Shown piece by piece: positions 46,551 through 58,164 of a stretch of DNA of 64,000 bases. The DNA lies in contig SFJA01000001.1 in NCBI GenBank assembly GCA_004556005.1, positions 15,279 to 79,278 on the forward strand, given 5' to 3'. The position numbers and the translations under genes were made by a program. Position 1 is the first letter of the stretch, and every line of letters starts with the position of its first letter. The notes under the pieces are model-generated. The model saw only the letters and a program-made list of their open reading frames with translations. It did no database searches and was not told the DNA's origin. This DNA comes from Bacteroidales bacterium. Its GTDB lineage: Bacteria; Bacteroidota; Bacteroidia; Bacteroidales; UBA932.

Positions 46551-49133
46551 ATGACAGATCAGAACAATACAACAGAACTTCTTGAAGAGACACCCAAGGG
46601 CATAATCGAGCCGGTGGAGATCGATCACGAGATGCGTACCGCGTACATCGACTATTCGATGTCGGTTATCGTGTCCCGTGCCCTTCCGGATGTCAGGGAC
46701 GGTTTGAAGCCGGTTCAGAGACGAGTCCTTTTCGGAATGGACGGTCTCGGATTGAATTTTGGCGGACAGACAAAAAAATCCGCGCGTATAGTCGGTGAGG
46801 TGCTCGGTAAGTACCATCCGCACGGAGACTCCAGCGTATATGATGCAATGGCAAGGCTTGCCCAGTCGTGGAACCAGAGATATCCGCTGGTATTCGGACA
46901 GGGTAACTTCGGTTCCATGGACGGTGACCCGGTTGCGGCTATGCGTTATACCGAGGCCAAACTTGCAAAGATGACAGAGTCTGTACTCTGCGACCTCGAC
47001 AAGGATACCGTGGATATGCAGCTCAATTTCGACGATTCGCTTGAAGAGCCTACGGTGCTCCCTACCAAGCTTCCGCTTCTGCTGCTCAACGGCTCGTCGG
47101 GCATTGCTGTCGGTATGGCTACAAATATGCCGCCCCACAACCTTTCAGAGTGTTGCGATGCCATCTGCGCCTATATTGACAATCCCGACATTACGGTCGA
47201 GGAACTTATGGAGCATATCAAGGGTCCTGACTTTCCTACCGGAGGCATTATCCTTGGACGTCAGGGCATCATAGATGCATATACCACCGGCCGCGGAAGG
47301 ATAATCGTAAGGGCCAAGGCGGACATCGAGGAAAGCGACAACGGCAGGGAGACCATCGTTGTAACCGAGGTTCCGTATATGGTCAACAAGGCCGATATGA
47401 TTGCCCGCATAGGCGAGATGATTCGCGACAAGAAGATCGAAGGAATCTCAGAGATAAGGGAACTTACCAACCGCGAGGGCATTCGCATAGAGTTTGTCGT
47501 CAAGAAGGACGCAAATGCCAATGTGGTGCTCAATACGCTCTTTAAATACACTGCCCTCCAGTCCAGTTTCGCCGTGAACAACGTTGCCCTTGTCGGGGGC
47601 CGTCCGCGCACGCTTGCGCTTAAGGACATCATTTCCAATTTTGTCCAGTTCCGACACCAGGTCGTTTACAGGCGCACGAAGTTCGAACTCGAAAAGGCCC
47701 AGAAGCGTGCCCACATACTCCAGGGACTGCTCAAGGCAATAGACATAATCGATGAGGTTATCGCTACGATTCGCCGTTCGGAGAGCGTAGATGAAGCAAG
47801 AAACAGTCTCGTCTCACTGTTCGGATTTACCGATGTGCAGGCAGCTGCAATCGTGGATATGCGTCTGCGTCAGCTCACAGGACTGGAAAAGGAAAAGCTT
47901 CAGGCCGAGTATGACGAGATCGAAAGATTCATCGCCCGCTGCCAGGAGATCCTTGCTTCCGATGCCGAGCAGCTCAATGTCGTAAAGCAGGAAACTCTCG
48001 AAATCAAGGAAAAATACGGAGACGAGCGCCGCACCGAGATAACGATGAGCGCGGAAGAATTTAACCCTGAAGACTTCTATGCCGACGATGACGTGGTGAT
48101 TACAATCTCCCACCTGGGCTACATCAAGCGCACTCCGCTGACGGAGTTCCGCACGCAGAGCAGGGGAGGCGTAGGAAAGAAGGCCAGCGCCACAAGGGAC
48201 GAGGACTTCATCGAGCATATCTATGTCGCCAATATGCACAGCACCATGCTGTTCTTTACCGACAAGGGAATGTGCTACCGCCTCAAGGTTTACGAACTGC
48301 CGGAGGGTACGCGCACTTCCAAGGGCCGCGCGGTGCAGAATCTTCTTTCTATCGAAAAGGACGAGATCATCAAGACATACCTCAATGTGGCAAGCATCGA
48401 GAGTCCTGAATATACCTCAAGTCATTTCGTGACTCTCATTACCAAGAGGGGAGTCATCAAAAAGACCAACCTGAGCGAGTACTCCAACAAGCGCAGCCGC
48501 AACAAGGGTATCAGGGCCATTGTCATCCGCGAGGGCGATGAACTTCTCGACGCTCTGCTGACGGATGGAAACGAGCAGATTATGGTTGCTGCCCGCAATG
48601 GTTTCTGCTGCCGCTTCAACGAGGATGACGTGCGTTCGATGGGTCGCAACTCCAGCGGTGTCAAGGCCATCAGCATAGAGGACGAAGACGAGGTTGTAGG
48701 CGCTCTGGTAATCAACCCTGCCGCTGAGGACTTTGCTTCCAAGACCATACTTGTCGTGAGTGAAAACGGTTTCGGCAAGAGGTCCGAGCCTGATGAGTAC
48801 CGCCTTACAAGGCGTGGAGCCAAGGGTGTAAAGACAATCAACATCACTGAAAAAACTGGTCCGCTTGTTGCAATCAAGGCAGTTACGGAAGACAATGACC
48901 TTATGATTATCAACCGTTCCGGCCTTACGATAAGGATGAGCGTTGCCGAAATAAGGGTTGCAGGTCGCGCTACACAGGGAGTCAAGCTTATCAACCTCAG
49001 GGAAGGCGATTCCATTGCTGCAGTGTCACCGGTTGCCCGTTCTGATGAGGATGCGGCCGCCGCTGCGCAGGAAGGAACCGAGGCGACGGAGCAGCAAGCT
49101 GCGGAAACGGCCGTTGACGTTAATAATGAATAA
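46551..49133 (+). CDS. gyrA: DNA gyrase subunit A
   Basis: [26 protein letters not shown], GyrA-box QSRGGVG. Confidence 0.97.
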   Translation: MTDQNNTTELLEETPKGIIEPVEIDHEMRTAYIDYSMSVIVSRALPDVRDGLKPVQRRVLFGMDGLGLNFGGQTKKSARIVGEVLGKYHPHGDSSVYDAMARLAQSWNQRYPLVFGQGNFGSMDGDPVAAMRYTEAKLAKMTESVLCDLDKDTVDMQLNFDDSLEEPTVLPTKLPLLLLNGSSGIAVGMATNMPPHNLSECCDAICAYIDNPDITVEELMEHIKGPDFPTGGIILGRQGIIDAYTTGRGRIIVRAKADIEESDNGRETIVVTEVPYMVNKADMIARIGEMIRDKKIEGISEIRELTNREGIRIEFVVKKDANANVVLNTLFKYTALQSSFAVNNVALVGGRPRTLALKDIISNFVQFRHQVVYRRTKFELEKAQKRAHILQGLLKAIDIIDEVIATIRRSESVDEARNSLVSLFGFTDVQAAAIVDMRLRQLTGLEKEKLQAEYDEIERFIARCQEILASDAEQLNVVKQETLEIKEKYGDERRTEITMSAEEFNPEDFYADDDVVITISHLGYIKRTPLTEFRTQSRGGVGKKASATRDEDFIEHIYVANMHSTMLFFTDKGMCYRLKVYELPEGTRTSKGRAVQNLLSIEKDEIIKTYLNVASIESPEYTSSHFVTLITKRGVIKKTNLSEYSNKRSRNKGIRAIVIREGDELLDALLTDGNEQIMVAARNGFCCRFNEDDVRSMGRNSSGVKAISIEDEDEVVGALVINPAAEDFASKTILVVSENGFGKRSEPDEYRLTRRGAKGVKTINITEKTGPLVAIKAVTEDNDLMIINRSGLTIRMSVAEIRVAGRATQGVKLINLREGDSIAAVSPVARSDEDAAAAAQEGTEATEQQAAETAVDVNNE

Positions 49134-49155
49134 TCAATTTAACCATCATAGTATT

Positions 49156-50466
49156 ATGAAAAAGTTTTGTTTACTTCTCGCTATTCTGGCTTCAGTTCAG
49201 ATAGCAGGTGCACAACAGGTAAAGAGCGTTGCAGCTGCACGTTCTTCTGTAGAGAAAGCCGAAAAGGCATCTCAGGATGCCAAGAAGTCCGTTAACCCTA
49301 CCACTTGGATCAAACTCGGACAGGCCTATATGGAAGCATATTACGCCGCTCAGGGCGACGGTAGGCTCGGTGCTACCGATCAGGAACTCTCTCTTGTAAT
49401 GTCAGGAGTAAAGCCGATTGCCGAGGAACAGGTTGTTGTTGCCGGAACTCCTATGCTCAAGAGAGTGTATGATACCAAGAACTACTACTTCAACTCCGCA
49501 GGTCAGCTCGCAATCATCGAGACCACCACTCCTGTCATCGAAAACGCGCTTGGAAAGGCCATCGAAGCCTACAAGAAGGCCTCAGAGCTTGATGTCAAGG
49601 GCAAGAAGTCAAAGGATATCGTTGAAGGTATGAAGATTGTTGACCAGAAATGTCTCGATGAGGCTTATATGGCATACAACTTCGGTGACCTCAAGCTGGC
49701 TTCAGAGTATTTCGAAAAGGCAGCCAATGCATTTGTGGACGGTTGCCCGGTTGATACCAATGCGGTTTACAACGTAGGCTTTACCTCTTATATGTCAGGA
49801 GATTACGACCGTGCCAAAGAGTGGTTCAACAAGAGTATCGCCATTGGTTTTGACGGCGAAAACGGAGAAGCATTTGCGAAGCTTGCCGATATTGCCGACC
49901 GTCAGGGCGACCAGAAGGCAAGACTCGGATATCTTGAGGCCGCATTCTCAAAGTATCCTCAGAGCCAGAGCGTGCTTATCGGACTCATCAACTATTACAT
50001 TTCAACCGGTGAAAATACCAGCCGCCTCTTTGAACTTATCGACGGCGCCAAGAGAAATGAGCCGGGCAATGCTTCTCTCTACTATGTGGAAGGAAACGTT
50101 CACGAAAAGCTCGGTAACTCAGAGGCCGCTCTTGCTGCTTACGAGGAGTGCTCAAAGGTTGATCCTAACTATGAGTACGGATACATTGCAAAGGGCATCC
50201 ACTTCTACAACAAGGCCGTGGAAATCCAGACCCTTGCCAACGAGGAACTTGATGACGCCAAGTACAATGCTTTGGTAGAAGAATTTGAGGTAACCCTCAA
50301 GAGCGCACTCGAGCCGTTCGAGACTGCCCTCAGCCTGACAAAGAACGACGAGGTCAAGAAGCAGGTTGCAGAATATCTCAAGAATATCTGCTTCCGCTTC
50401 CGTACAGAGAGCGACGTATTTTCACAGAAGTACGAGAAATACTCAAAGATTTCGGCCGGAGAGTAG
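49156..50466 (+). CDS. Secreted TPR protein
   Basis: Signal peptide MKKFCLLLAILASVQIAGA; TPR-like helical repeats. Confidence 0.8.
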   Translation: MKKFCLLLAILASVQIAGAQQVKSVAAARSSVEKAEKASQDAKKSVNPTTWIKLGQAYMEAYYAAQGDGRLGATDQELSLVMSGVKPIAEEQVVVAGTPMLKRVYDTKNYYFNSAGQLAIIETTTPVIENALGKAIEAYKKASELDVKGKKSKDIVEGMKIVDQKCLDEAYMAYNFGDLKLASEYFEKAANAFVDGCPVDTNAVYNVGFTSYMSGDYDRAKEWFNKSIAIGFDGENGEAFAKLADIADRQGDQKARLGYLEAAFSKYPQSQSVLIGLINYYISTGENTSRLFELIDGAKRNEPGNASLYYVEGNVHEKLGNSEAALAAYEECSKVDPNYEYGYIAKGIHFYNKAVEIQTLANEELDDAKYNALVEEFEVTLKSALEPFETALSLTKNDEVKKQVAEYLKNICFRFRTESDVFSQKYEKYSKISAGE

Positions 50467-51543
50467 TACAAGACCGGTCGCTTCGGACACTCTATTGACC
50501 GTTGTGACCATATTGTCATAATCATAAGGATTGAGCCATTCGCTTCGGCGGGTGGCCCATTCTTTTACCGGTATGGTGCAAAAGCTTCCGCACAGATAGC
50601 CTGGAAGTGAACACCATAGAGGAATCAGCTCGGGTTCAAGCATTTTTGTTTCGTTTGTAAAACGCTTTTTTACAAAGCGTATCCGTACGGCAAGTTCGAG
50701 CCTTGTGTCCCTCTTGCTCATATTCGAAACGGCATTTCCGACTGAATATATGACAGGAACTCCCTGTATGTGACTGCTATCCTGGACAACGTGAGGATGC
50801 GACCCGACAATTGCGTCAATGCCCTGTCCGACCAGCCATTCCGCCCATTCTTCCTGGTTTTTTGAATGGGTGGTAACATATTCAGGACCCCAATGCGGCA
50901 GGGCTATGATAAAGTCTGCACCTCTCTCCCTGGCCCTTTCCACGGCTTCTGACAATTCTTTCCTGTCCATATACAATGGCCTCGGATACTCTGCAGGTTT
51001 GCCGAAATTGGTCCCGTATGTAAAATTTATGAGAGCTATGCTGATGCCTTTGCGGAAAACAATCAGCGGGTTGGCGCTTTCCATCTCTTTTTCGTCAGAA
51101 GCAGAGCCTGTAAATGAAACTCTGTCACTCATGGACCTGTAAACGGAAAGTGTGCGCTCCATGCCCTTGCGCCCCCTGTCAAGTATATGATTGTTGGCCG
51201 TGAGAAACACGTTTACCCCGCAGCCTGCTACATATTCTGCATAGCTGTCCGGAGCGGAAAAGGCCGGATACCCCGAATAAGGCTTTCCTCCAAGGGAAAA
51301 TTCCATATTGGCAAGCGCGAAGTCCGAGTCTTCGAACAGGGGCTTGAGATTGGCAAGAAAGCTTGAACAGTCGTAGCCAAGCTGTCTTTCGTGCATCATC
51401 ACGTCACCGATTATGCATATGCTCACGGTGTCGCTTTTTTCCTCAAAAACGTAAGGAGGAGGTATTATGTGGCGAATCTGCGCATTGGCGTGCAGGGCAA
51501 GTGTCAAAAGAATGACGCTTAGTGTTGAAAGAGCTGTCTTCAT
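50443..51543 (-). CDS. CapA-family metallophosphatase-like protein
   Basis: GDVMMH, NMEF, TANNHILD, PHWG, GSHPHV, YSVGN. Confidence 0.88.
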   Translation of the reverse strand: MKTALSTLSVILLTLALHANAQIRHIIPPPYVFEEKSDTVSICIIGDVMMHERQLGYDCSSFLANLKPLFEDSDFALANMEFSLGGKPYSGYPAFSAPDSYAEYVAGCGVNVFLTANNHILDRGRKGMERTLSVYRSMSDRVSFTGSASDEKEMESANPLIVFRKGISIALINFTYGTNFGKPAEYPRPLYMDRKELSEAVERARERGADFIIALPHWGPEYVTTHSKNQEEWAEWLVGQGIDAIVGSHPHVVQDSSHIQGVPVIYSVGNAVSNMSKRDTRLELAVRIRFVKKRFTNETKMLEPELIPLWCSLPGYLCGSFCTIPVKEWATRRSEWLNPYDYDNMVTTVNRVSEATGLVLLSGRNL

Positions 51544-51586
51544 ACGGATGCAAATATAAAACTTTTGATTAAATTTGCTTCCTAAT

Positions 51587-52117
51587 ATGCATATTGGAAA
51601 AGGACATATTTTCGGACAGGCTGCAGCAATGCTTATGCTGGTGTTCCTTGCAAGCGGATGCGATTTTTTCCGTAAACTGGCAGGGAGGCCTGATTCGGCA
51701 TATATAGAAGCTAAAAGGTTGTATATAGAGCAGCAGGAGGCGGAACACCGTTCGCGCGTGGACTCCGTGCGTGAGCTGAGTTCCTCCATAGCCGATTCCC
51801 TGTCTCTGCTTGACTCCATACGTATAGGAAGAAAAGCAGTCATCGAGAAACGTCAGCTTGTAAGTGACGGAGTGCAGAAGCTTGGAGCAAGGTATTACAT
51901 AATAATAGGTTCCTTCAGCAAGGAAAGCAATGCGCAGAAACTTGCCGAAACTGCACGCTCAAATGGCTTAGAACCGAGTCTTATACGTTATAAGAACGGA
52001 TTTACAGCGGTGGGAATCTGTCCTTGCAACCGGCTTTCCGAAGTGCTTGCTGCCCTGGATGGACTCAATGGACTCAGTTTTGTTCCAAAAGGTGTGTGGG
52101 TGCTTGACAATGAATAG
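51587..52117 (+). CDS. SPOR-domain lipoprotein
   Basis: Lipobox ASGC; YYIIIGSFSKESNAQKL...VWVL. Confidence 0.75.
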   Translation: MHIGKGHIFGQAAAMLMLVFLASGCDFFRKLAGRPDSAYIEAKRLYIEQQEAEHRSRVDSVRELSSSIADSLSLLDSIRIGRKAVIEKRQLVSDGVQKLGARYYIIIGSFSKESNAQKLAETARSNGLEPSLIRYKNGFTAVGICPCNRLSEVLAALDGLNGLSFVPKGVWVLDNE

Positions 52118-52120
52118 ACT

Positions 52121-53437
52121 ATGAAACGTACACTGGCATATATACTGCTGACTTTCCTTGCATTTCCTCTTGCGGCGCAATACAGGGACGTGTCTTTGTC
52201 GGACCTCCACAGCAGCGAGCTAGCCGCTGAAATGAAGACTCAGATACAGACTCTTTCTTCCGCAGCTCTCGAAGGCCGCAAGGCAGGTTCGGAAGGGGAG
52301 GCTGAAGCCGCCCGTTTCATTGCGGAAGAATTTCAAAGGTATGGAATAGATTTGCTTCCTGACGGGCAGTTCGGCATCAAGCAGGCGAACGGCGACACTC
52401 TTGTGTCACATAATGTAGTCGGATTCGTTACTGGAAGCGACAGCCGCCTTTCGGAAAGGTACATCGTGGTTGCTGCGCGGCTTGACAACCTTGGCACGAG
52501 CGAATTGACCGTGAACGGTGAAAAAAAGACCAGCATATATTACGGAGCCAACGGCAATGCGTCCGGGCTAAGCATGATGCTGCAGCTTGCCAAAATGATC
52601 AATACAAACAATCTGATGGTGCGAAGAACCGTTGTCTTTGCGGCCCTGGGAGCGTCTCTGGAAGGAGGTGCCGGTGCCTGGTATCTGCTCAACCGTTCCT
52701 TTCCTGACGTGTCAAAAATAGACGCAATGGTCAATCTCGATATGCTCGGGACGGGTTCAAGTGGCTTTTATGCATATTCGGCATCCAACAAGGACTTGAA
52801 CGCGATGATACGGTCTTTGGAGCAGACCTTGCAGCCCGTATATCCTGCCATCGTTTCGATGGAACCGGTCTCATCCGACCACAGGTTATTCTATGACAAG
52901 GAGATTCCGGCGGTTTTCTTCACCACGGGAATGTATCCGGAGTATAACTCTAGCAGAGACACCGAGTCGATAATAGAGTACGATATGCTCGAGAGGGAAC
53001 TTGAATATATATTCAACTTTACGGTGCATCTTGCCAATTCCGAGGCTCCGCAGTTCAGACCTTCCGAACTCACGGTCAAGAAGCAGCGCCGCCAGAAGGA
53101 TGTTGTCCCTTATTACGAATGCGATACCAAACCGTCTTTCCTAGGCTCTTCGGACCCGATTTTCTTCCTCAAAAAGTGGGTGTATGTTTACTTGAGGTAT
53201 CCTAAAGAGGCCGTCCGTGACGGTGTGCAGGGCAGCGTGCCGGTAAGTTTCATCATTGACGAGAGGGGCAAGGTGTGTGATGTCAAGGTCGTCAAGAGCG
53301 TAGATCCTCTTCTGGATGAAGAAGCGGTAAGGGTTATTTCCGCTTCTCCTGACTGGAAGCCGGGTCGTGTGGACGGGAAGAAGGTCAAGTCGGAGATGAC
53401 CCTGTATGTTGACTTTAAACTTGAAAGAAAGAAATAG
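52121..53437 (+). CDS. M28 peptidase-like domain (degenerate active site) fused to a TonB C-terminal domain
   Basis: LEGR.AGS, NVVG, NLDMLG, SDH; C-terminal LRYPKEA...[14 protein letters not shown]...LDEEAVRVI...WKPG. Confidence 0.8.
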   Translation: MKRTLAYILLTFLAFPLAAQYRDVSLSDLHSSELAAEMKTQIQTLSSAALEGRKAGSEGEAEAARFIAEEFQRYGIDLLPDGQFGIKQANGDTLVSHNVVGFVTGSDSRLSERYIVVAARLDNLGTSELTVNGEKKTSIYYGANGNASGLSMMLQLAKMINTNNLMVRRTVVFAALGASLEGGAGAWYLLNRSFPDVSKIDAMVNLDMLGTGSSGFYAYSASNKDLNAMIRSLEQTLQPVYPAIVSMEPVSSDHRLFYDKEIPAVFFTTGMYPEYNSSRDTESIIEYDMLERELEYIFNFTVHLANSEAPQFRPSELTVKKQRRQKDVVPYYECDTKPSFLGSSDPIFFLKKWVYVYLRYPKEAVRDGVQGSVPVSFIIDERGKVCDVKVVKSVDPLLDEEAVRVISASPDWKPGRVDGKKVKSEMTLYVDFKLERKK

Positions 53438-53445
53438 ATATAAAA

Positions 53446-56175
53446 ATGGAATACGATTTCAAATCAATCGAAAGCAAGTGGCAGGCCAGATGGGCCGAGG
53501 AAAAGACCTTCAAGGCCGAGGAAAACAGTGATAAACCGAAGTACTACGTTCTGGATATGTTCCCGTATCCGAGCGGTGCCGGATTGCACGTGGGACATCC
53601 TCTCGGATATATTGCAAGTGACATTTTTGCCCGTTACAAGAGGCTCAACGGCTTTAATGTGCTCCATCCTATGGGATATGACGCATTTGGCCTTCCTGCC
53701 GAGCAATATGCCATTCAGACCGGACAGCACCCAGAAGTGACAACGGACAGGAACGTAAAACGCTATCGCGAACAGCTGGACCGCATAGGATTCTCATATG
53801 ATTGGGACAGGGAGGTCCGTACCTGTGATCCGCAGTATTACAAATGGACGCAGTGGGCATTCCTCAAGATGTTTGACAGCTGGTATGATCCCGATGCTGA
53901 TGCGGCTAGACCAATTTCTGAACTTGTCAAGCGTTTCGAAACTACCGGATACGAGGATGTGTCCCCTCAGTCGTGGGCGGAGTCTGACGAAAAGGCCAAG
54001 TCTGATATCCTGATGCGCTATCGTATTGCATATCAGGGAGAAACGTCTGTGAACTGGTGTGAAGGACTGGGAACGGTTCTGGCAAATGACGAGGTAAAGG
54101 ACGGACTCAGCGTGCGTGGCGGATTCCCGGTAGTGCAGAAGAAGATGACTCAGTGGCAGCTCAGGGTTTCAGCATACGCCGGCAGACTTCTTTCCTCTCT
54201 CGACAATCTGGACTGGACCGATTCTCTGAAGGAAATGCAGCGCAACTGGATAGGGCGTTCCGAGGGTACTGAAATGGTATTCAACACTATATGTGACGGC
54301 CGCGAAAAACCTGTCACTATATTCACTACCAGGGCGGATACCGTATTTGGCGTGACCTTTATGGTGCTTGCCCCGGAGAGCGAACTTGTCCCTGAACTTA
54401 CCTCGGCGGACCGCAAGGAAGAAGTCGAGGCATATATCAAGGAGGTAGGCAAGAAGACCGAGAGGGAGAGAATCTCCGAGACTAAAACAGTAACAGGCGT
54501 ATTTTCAGGAGCTTACGGAATCAATCCACTTACCGGTGACAAGATTCCTATCTGGATTTCGGAATATGTGCTCGCTGGTTACGGAACGGGTGCAATCATG
54601 GCAGTTCCGGCACACGACAGCCGCGACTACGCATTCGCCAAGAAATTCGGACTGCCGATCATTCCGCTCATCGAAGGCTGCGATGTGTCCGAAGCTTCCT
54701 TTGATGCCAAGGAAGGAGTAATGTGCAACTCTGGATTCCTCGACGGTATGCAGGTTTCCGAAGCGATAGAGGCGGCAAAGGATTATGTCGAGGCTCACGG
54801 ACTTGGAAGACGCAAGACCAATTACAGGCTTCGCGATGCCATTTTCAGCCGCCAGCGTTACTGGGGCGAGCCTTTCCCTATTTACTACAAAGACGGAATC
54901 GCCTGTCCTGTAGCGGAGGAAGATCTTCCTGTAAGACTTCCCGAAATCGATTCTTATGCACCTACCGGAGAGGCTCCGCTCTGCAGGGCCAAGGACTGGA
55001 CATACAAGGGATATCCTCTGGAAACCAGCACTATGCCGGGATTTGCGGGTTCAAGCGCATATTATCTCCGTTATATGGATCCGCACAATGACAAGGCTCT
55101 TGTCAGCAAGGAGTCCAACGGCTACTGGCGCTCCGTTGACCTTTATGTCGGAGGTACCGAGCACGCTACCGGTCATCTCATCTACTCACGTTTCTGGAAC
55201 AAATTCCTCTATGACCTGGGATATGTATGCGAGGACGAACCTTTCCGCAAACTCATCAATCAGGGAATGATACAGGGCCGCTCCAACTTCGTTTACAGGA
55301 TAGTCGGCACCAACCGTTTCGTCTCATATGGCCTCAAGGACAAATACGAAACCACCGAAATCCATGTCGATGTCAATATCGTACACAACGACAAGCTGGA
55401 TATCGATGCCTTCAGGGCCTGGAGACCGGAATTTGCCGATGCGGAGTTTGAACTCGAGGATGGACAGTATGTCTGCGGCTGGGCAATAGAAAAGATGAGC
55501 AAGAGTATGTACAACGTCGTCAATCCTGACCTCGTATGCGATACTTACGGCGCCGATACCCTGCGTCTCTACGAAATGTTCCTCGGACCTGTCGAGCAGA
55601 GCAAGCCTTGGGATACCAAGGGAATTGACGGAGTCAACCGCTTCCTGAAGAAATTCTGGCGTCTCTTCTTCGATCGCGACAACTGGAGCGTTTCCGACGA
55701 GAAAGCTGATGCAAAGGAACTCAAGATACTTCACAAGCTGATCGGAAAGGTACGCAGTGACATCGAGCAGTTCTCCTACAACACTTCCATCTCGGCATTT
55801 ATGGTCGCAGTAGGCGATTTGACTGCGCTCAAATGCAACAAGAGGGAGATTCTGGAACCTATGGTTATCCTGCTGAGTCCTTTTGCACCTCATATCTGCG
55901 AAGAGCTGTATCATATGCTAGGTCATACTGACAGCGTGACCTATGCCGCTTTCCCTGAATTTATAGAAGAATTTGCCCGCGAAGACAACGTCACCTATCC
56001 TGTGCAGTTCAACGGCAAGATGAGATTTACCGTTGAGCTTCCGCGCAGCGCCAGTCCGGCCGAGGTGGAGGAGTCGATCCGCGCGATGGAGCAGACTGCC
56101 AGGTACGTGGCTGACAAGCAGATAGTCAAATTTATCGTTGTCCCGGGAAGGATAGTCAATATTGTAATCAAGTAA
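53446..56175 (+). CDS. leuS: Leucyl-tRNA synthetase
   Basis: MFPYPSG.GLHVGH, SRQRYWG, KMSKS. Confidence 0.97.
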   Translation: MEYDFKSIESKWQARWAEEKTFKAEENSDKPKYYVLDMFPYPSGAGLHVGHPLGYIASDIFARYKRLNGFNVLHPMGYDAFGLPAEQYAIQTGQHPEVTTDRNVKRYREQLDRIGFSYDWDREVRTCDPQYYKWTQWAFLKMFDSWYDPDADAARPISELVKRFETTGYEDVSPQSWAESDEKAKSDILMRYRIAYQGETSVNWCEGLGTVLANDEVKDGLSVRGGFPVVQKKMTQWQLRVSAYAGRLLSSLDNLDWTDSLKEMQRNWIGRSEGTEMVFNTICDGREKPVTIFTTRADTVFGVTFMVLAPESELVPELTSADRKEEVEAYIKEVGKKTERERISETKTVTGVFSGAYGINPLTGDKIPIWISEYVLAGYGTGAIMAVPAHDSRDYAFAKKFGLPIIPLIEGCDVSEASFDAKEGVMCNSGFLDGMQVSEAIEAAKDYVEAHGLGRRKTNYRLRDAIFSRQRYWGEPFPIYYKDGIACPVAEEDLPVRLPEIDSYAPTGEAPLCRAKDWTYKGYPLETSTMPGFAGSSAYYLRYMDPHNDKALVSKESNGYWRSVDLYVGGTEHATGHLIYSRFWNKFLYDLGYVCEDEPFRKLINQGMIQGRSNFVYRIVGTNRFVSYGLKDKYETTEIHVDVNIVHNDKLDIDAFRAWRPEFADAEFELEDGQYVCGWAIEKMSKSMYNVVNPDLVCDTYGADTLRLYEMFLGPVEQSKPWDTKGIDGVNRFLKKFWRLFFDRDNWSVSDEKADAKELKILHKLIGKVRSDIEQFSYNTSISAFMVAVGDLTALKCNKREILEPMVILLSPFAPHICEELYHMLGHTDSVTYAAFPEFIEEFAREDNVTYPVQFNGKMRFTVELPRSASPAEVEESIRAMEQTARYVADKQIVKFIVVPGRIVNIVIK

Positions 56176-56189
56176 GTGTTACTTGGAAT

Positions 56190-57122
56190 ATGAACATTAG
56201 CAGGAAGAGTATTCTGACATTGTTGAAGGATTATCTTATCATAACCTTCGCTTGTTTTCTTTTCGCCTTTGCGTGGGAGTGCTTCATGATTCCACGAGGC
56301 TTGTCGGCAGGTGGAATGATGGGATTTTGTACTGTCCTGCAGTATGCAACGGACGGCCTAATCCAGACCCAGTATTCCTATTTTGTCATAAATGCCCTGC
56401 TCATCATACTGGCTGTGCTAGCGATGGGAATAGGCTTCGGATTCAAGACCATATACTGCATAGTGGTCTCCTCGCTGGCTATGGGGATTCTGTCGAACTG
56501 TTCTGCTCTCCACTGCGTTGAGGGCGAATTCTTCTATGTCCGTGAGAATATGCTGATTGCGCTTATAGCGGGCTCTCTGGAAGCCGTGGGCATAGGATTG
56601 GTTATCCGCAATGGTGGAAGTACCGGAGGAACGGATATCATTGCGCTTATGATAAACAAGTACTGGCCCGTTTCGCTGAGTTCCGCCTTTGCAGTCCTTG
56701 ACTTTGTAGTCGTCTCCCTGCTTCTTTTCCTTCCGGACAAGTCCTTTGCGGATATGATATACGGCATCGTGGAGATAGCGGTGTTTACCCTGATGATAGA
56801 CTTTGTTGTGGCCGGAAAAAAATCCTCCTACCAGTTGCTTGTCTTTTCGTCCAAGTATAAGGAGATTGCTGATTATATCATCAATGAAATGGACCGCGGA
56901 GTCACTCTCCTCAAAGCTCAGGGCTGGTTTACAAAGAAGGACAAGGACGTGCTGCTCATACTGATCAGCCAGAAACAGCTTCCGGTGCTGTCTCGCTATA
57001 TCAAGGAAAAGGACCCCAAGGCCTTTATGTCCGTATGTTCGACACACAGCGTGTATGGTGAGGGCTTTGACGAGATAAAGGCGGGTCTGCTGAAAAAGAA
57101 AAATGAAATAACACAAAACTGA
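56190..57122 (+). CDS. YitT-family membrane protein
   Basis: GSTGGTDII, RGVT...GWFT, DPKAF...VYGEGF. Confidence 0.88.
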   Translation: MNISRKSILTLLKDYLIITFACFLFAFAWECFMIPRGLSAGGMMGFCTVLQYATDGLIQTQYSYFVINALLIILAVLAMGIGFGFKTIYCIVVSSLAMGILSNCSALHCVEGEFFYVRENMLIALIAGSLEAVGIGLVIRNGGSTGGTDIIALMINKYWPVSLSSAFAVLDFVVVSLLLFLPDKSFADMIYGIVEIAVFTLMIDFVVAGKKSSYQLLVFSSKYKEIADYIINEMDRGVTLLKAQGWFTKKDKDVLLILISQKQLPVLSRYIKEKDPKAFMSVCSTHSVYGEGFDEIKAGLLKKKNEITQN

Positions 57123-57123
57123 T

Positions 57124-58068
57124 ATGCCTGTATTGAATAAAAGTGTCTGGAAAACACTGTCGGAGTATGCCCTGGTTGCTTTGGGTATATTGATGTATGT
57201 CTTGGGATGGACTCTTTTCCTCATTCCAAATAATCTTGTCGGTGGTGGTGTGACAGGTCTGTCCTCCATACTGCAATATGCCACACACGGTGTTATCAAT
57301 GCGGGATGGTCATACGGAGTCATCAATATACTTCTTCTGATTGTTGCTCTGAGACTTCTTGGCAAGAGCTTCGGTTCAAAGACGATTTTTGCTGTCGTGC
57401 TTGCATCTGTCGGCTTGAGTTTCCTTCAGAAAATCATACCTCAAGGCATAATCCAGTCCCTTGCTCTGGAGAACGGCAAACTGATGAGCACCATTATGGG
57501 AGGAATGCTTGCAGGAGCCGGCATAGGCATGACCATGTCCCAGGGCGGCAGTACAGGTGGAACGGATATCATAGCGCTGGTTGTCAACAAATACCGCAAC
57601 GTGTCTCCGGGAAGGATGATACTTTGGATAGATGTAGCCATTATCCTTTCATCTCTTTTCTTCCCTTCTTATATGCCTGACGGTTCCCTTATGGGCTGGT
57701 CCGACAAGATTACAACCGTAGTTTACGGTTTTATACTGGTTGTGGTCAACAGTACCGTTCTGGACCTTTACATTTCCGGTTCCCGCCAGTCCGTCCAGCT
57801 ATTTGTGCTCTCGGACCGCTTTGCTGAGATAGCCGATGCCGTAACCAATGACCTTCACAAGGGCGTTACTGTCCTTGACGGTGAAGGCTGGTACACCAAG
57901 CAGAGCAGAAAGGTGCTTATGATCATCACCCGCAAGACAGAACTCAATATCATCCTCCGTTACATAAAGTCAATTGACCCAAATGCATTCCTGTCTGTAT
58001 CTTCAGTCACAGGTGTCTATGGCAAGGGTTTCGATACAATAAAAGCCAAAACGAAGGAAAAGCATTAA
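57124..58068 (+). CDS. YitT-family membrane protein (second paralogue)
   Basis: GGGVTG, GSTGGTDII, KGVT, DPNAF...VYGKGF. Confidence 0.88.
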   Translation: MPVLNKSVWKTLSEYALVALGILMYVLGWTLFLIPNNLVGGGVTGLSSILQYATHGVINAGWSYGVINILLLIVALRLLGKSFGSKTIFAVVLASVGLSFLQKIIPQGIIQSLALENGKLMSTIMGGMLAGAGIGMTMSQGGSTGGTDIIALVVNKYRNVSPGRMILWIDVAIILSSLFFPSYMPDGSLMGWSDKITTVVYGFILVVVNSTVLDLYISGSRQSVQLFVLSDRFAEIADAVTNDLHKGVTVLDGEGWYTKQSRKVLMIITRKTELNIILRYIKSIDPNAFLSVSSVTGVYGKGFDTIKAKTKEKH

Positions 58069-58101
58069 GATTCGTAAAAATAAAACTTTGTTTTATGTTT
58101 C

Positions 58102-58140
58102 ATTCCTTTCCGCGTTGGGCCGGGAAGGAATTTTTGTTTT
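58102..58140 (+). terminator. Intrinsic terminator after the leuS-yitT-yitT run
   Basis: ATTCCTTTCCG-N8-CGGGAAGGAAT followed by a T-rich tail. Confidence 0.75.
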
Positions 58141-58164
58141 TATTTGGTTAAATTTATTTTGCTT

